Translations under genes and position numbers: made by a program
Notes under the pieces: generated by a model
What the model saw: the letters and a program-made list of their open reading frames with translations, nothing else
What the model was told of the DNA's origin: nothing
Database searches by the model: none
Source of the DNA: an uncultured Deinococcales bacterium
GTDB lineage: Bacteria > Deinococcota > Deinococci > Deinococcales > JAAFIG01
Length of the DNA: 38,705 bases
Direction: 5' to 3'
Assembly: GCA_964244895.1 (NCBI GenBank)
Contig: CAXTKV010000021.1
Span: forward strand, 1 to 38,705
Shown here: in pieces, positions 38,030-38,705 of the stretch
Layout of the letters: each line of letters opens with the position of its first letter
Numbering within the stretch: the stretch's first letter is position 1

Positions 38030-38082
38030 GAGAACACCGTTCCAGACAGCGTTCTTTTTCTTGCGTCTGAGACGGTGTTCTC
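38030..38082. repeat. Palindromic repeat family copy at the border of the low-GC segment
   Basis: GAGAACACCGTTCCAGAC ... GTCTGAGACGGTGTTCTC. Confidence 0.82.
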
Positions 38083-38096
38083 GTCTGTATCGTGCG

Positions 38097-38555
38097 ATGT
38101 ACAATCTGACTGTTGATGGGGCGCACACGTTCTTCGTGGGTGATGGGCAATGGTTGGTACACAATTGCCCCGACGAAGAAGACTTCGAAAAACTGTTCGA
38201 ATCTGGTGCCTACGACCCACCAGCAAGACTTGAACCATCTATACGGCCTGAAATAACTGGAAATGCTGCGACAGATTGGCAAAATATCATGGAAACTGCT
38301 CGAAATGGGGAGATTCTCGCAGATGCAGAGGGGCATTTTGTTTAGCGCTCCGCTCAACGATACGGTGGCCTTTCTCTAACGCAGCTAAATGAGGCTATTG
38401 CAGGTGCAAGAGGGGCAGCGTATCAGGCCAGCCAGGGAGCCATACGAGAGGGCTATCTTGTCAACGTAAATGTAAATGGTAACATAGTTCCTCTAAAGAT
38501 CATTTATCAAAACGGATATTACGTCATAAAGACCGTTCTTTCATCAGGTAGGTAG
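38097..38555 (+). pseudogene. Orphan polymorphic-toxin C-terminal cassette (HINT C-terminus plus toxin) with internal TAG
   Basis: MYNLTVDGAHTFFVGDGQWLVHNC is a pretoxin-HINT C-terminus. The frame continues 69 codons past TAG 38343-38345 to TAG 38553-38555. GC is low. Confidence 0.8.
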
Positions 38556-38648
38556 CCTGGATCGGATATTAATATCCAGACCAAGAGCGAAAGCCAAACG
38601 AGAGTCTACAAAACTTTTTTTGTAGACTCTTTGGGAAGGAAGATCAAG

Positions 38649-38705
38649 GTGAACGTTCTAAACGTTCCTGTGACTGTAGTTACAGACTTTGATGATGACA
38701 GAATT
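38649..38705 (+). CDS. Possible cognate immunity gene, 5' end (partial)
   Basis: GTG after GGAAGGA; reads VNVLNVPVTVVTDFDDDRI to the window end; located directly after the toxin. Confidence 0.35.
   Translation, partial: MNVLNVPVTVVTDFDDDRI

Noticed and set aside
38097..38168. Self-splicing intein in a host gene
   Set aside because: Only the HINT C-terminal strand is present, with no N-terminal block or extein. The context fits an orphan toxin module.
345..38357. Long antisense or shifted ORFs (e.g. 345..2108, 6779..9007, 12572..14038, 21956..23524, 31388..32830, 36546..38357)
   Set aside because: They are shadows of well-supported genes, typical of high-GC codon usage, and carry no motifs.
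38343..38555. TAG stop-codon reassignment (frame stays open past two TAGs)
   Set aside because: TAG terminates pepF, gatA and the aminotransferase normally. A nonsense mutation plus a normal gene boundary is simpler.
1..38705. Transposase, integrase, RAYT, tRNA or rRNA genes
   Set aside because: None recognised. No consistent target-site duplications are visible around the palindromes, so they were not called MITEs.

Overview
High-GC bacterial chromosomal window, most likely Deinococcota (Taq-type PolA, many leaderless TANNNT-N6/7-start promoters, RNase R with long terminal extensions). 1-9.4 kb is a sulfate-assimilation/siroheme operon (cysH end, sat, two membrane proteins, rhodanese, hemC, hemD, split cysG, sulfite reductase, DUF3105). 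The rest holds housekeeping and accessory genes: nucS, a MerR-like regulator, pepF, LCP, EamA, CMD, MocR, VOC, MarR, polA, an S8 lipoprotease, glmM, rbfA, a thioesterase, a class III aminotransferase, rnr, gatA and a DEDDh exonuclease. The window ends in a low-GC orphan HINT/polymorphic-toxin cassette with an internal stop. The genes do not explain three things. (1) A palindromic repeat family (core ACCGT-N5-ACGGT, e.g. AACACCGTCCAGGACGGTGTT) occurs at about 22 loci, including inside coding sequences. (2) CTCGAG is hugely over-represented, in a HIP1-like way. (3) At several operon junctions, repeat insertions or tandem expansions are spanned by short 'bridge' ORFs whose start overlaps the upstream stop and whose stop overlaps the downstream start, suggesting relays that preserve translational coupling.
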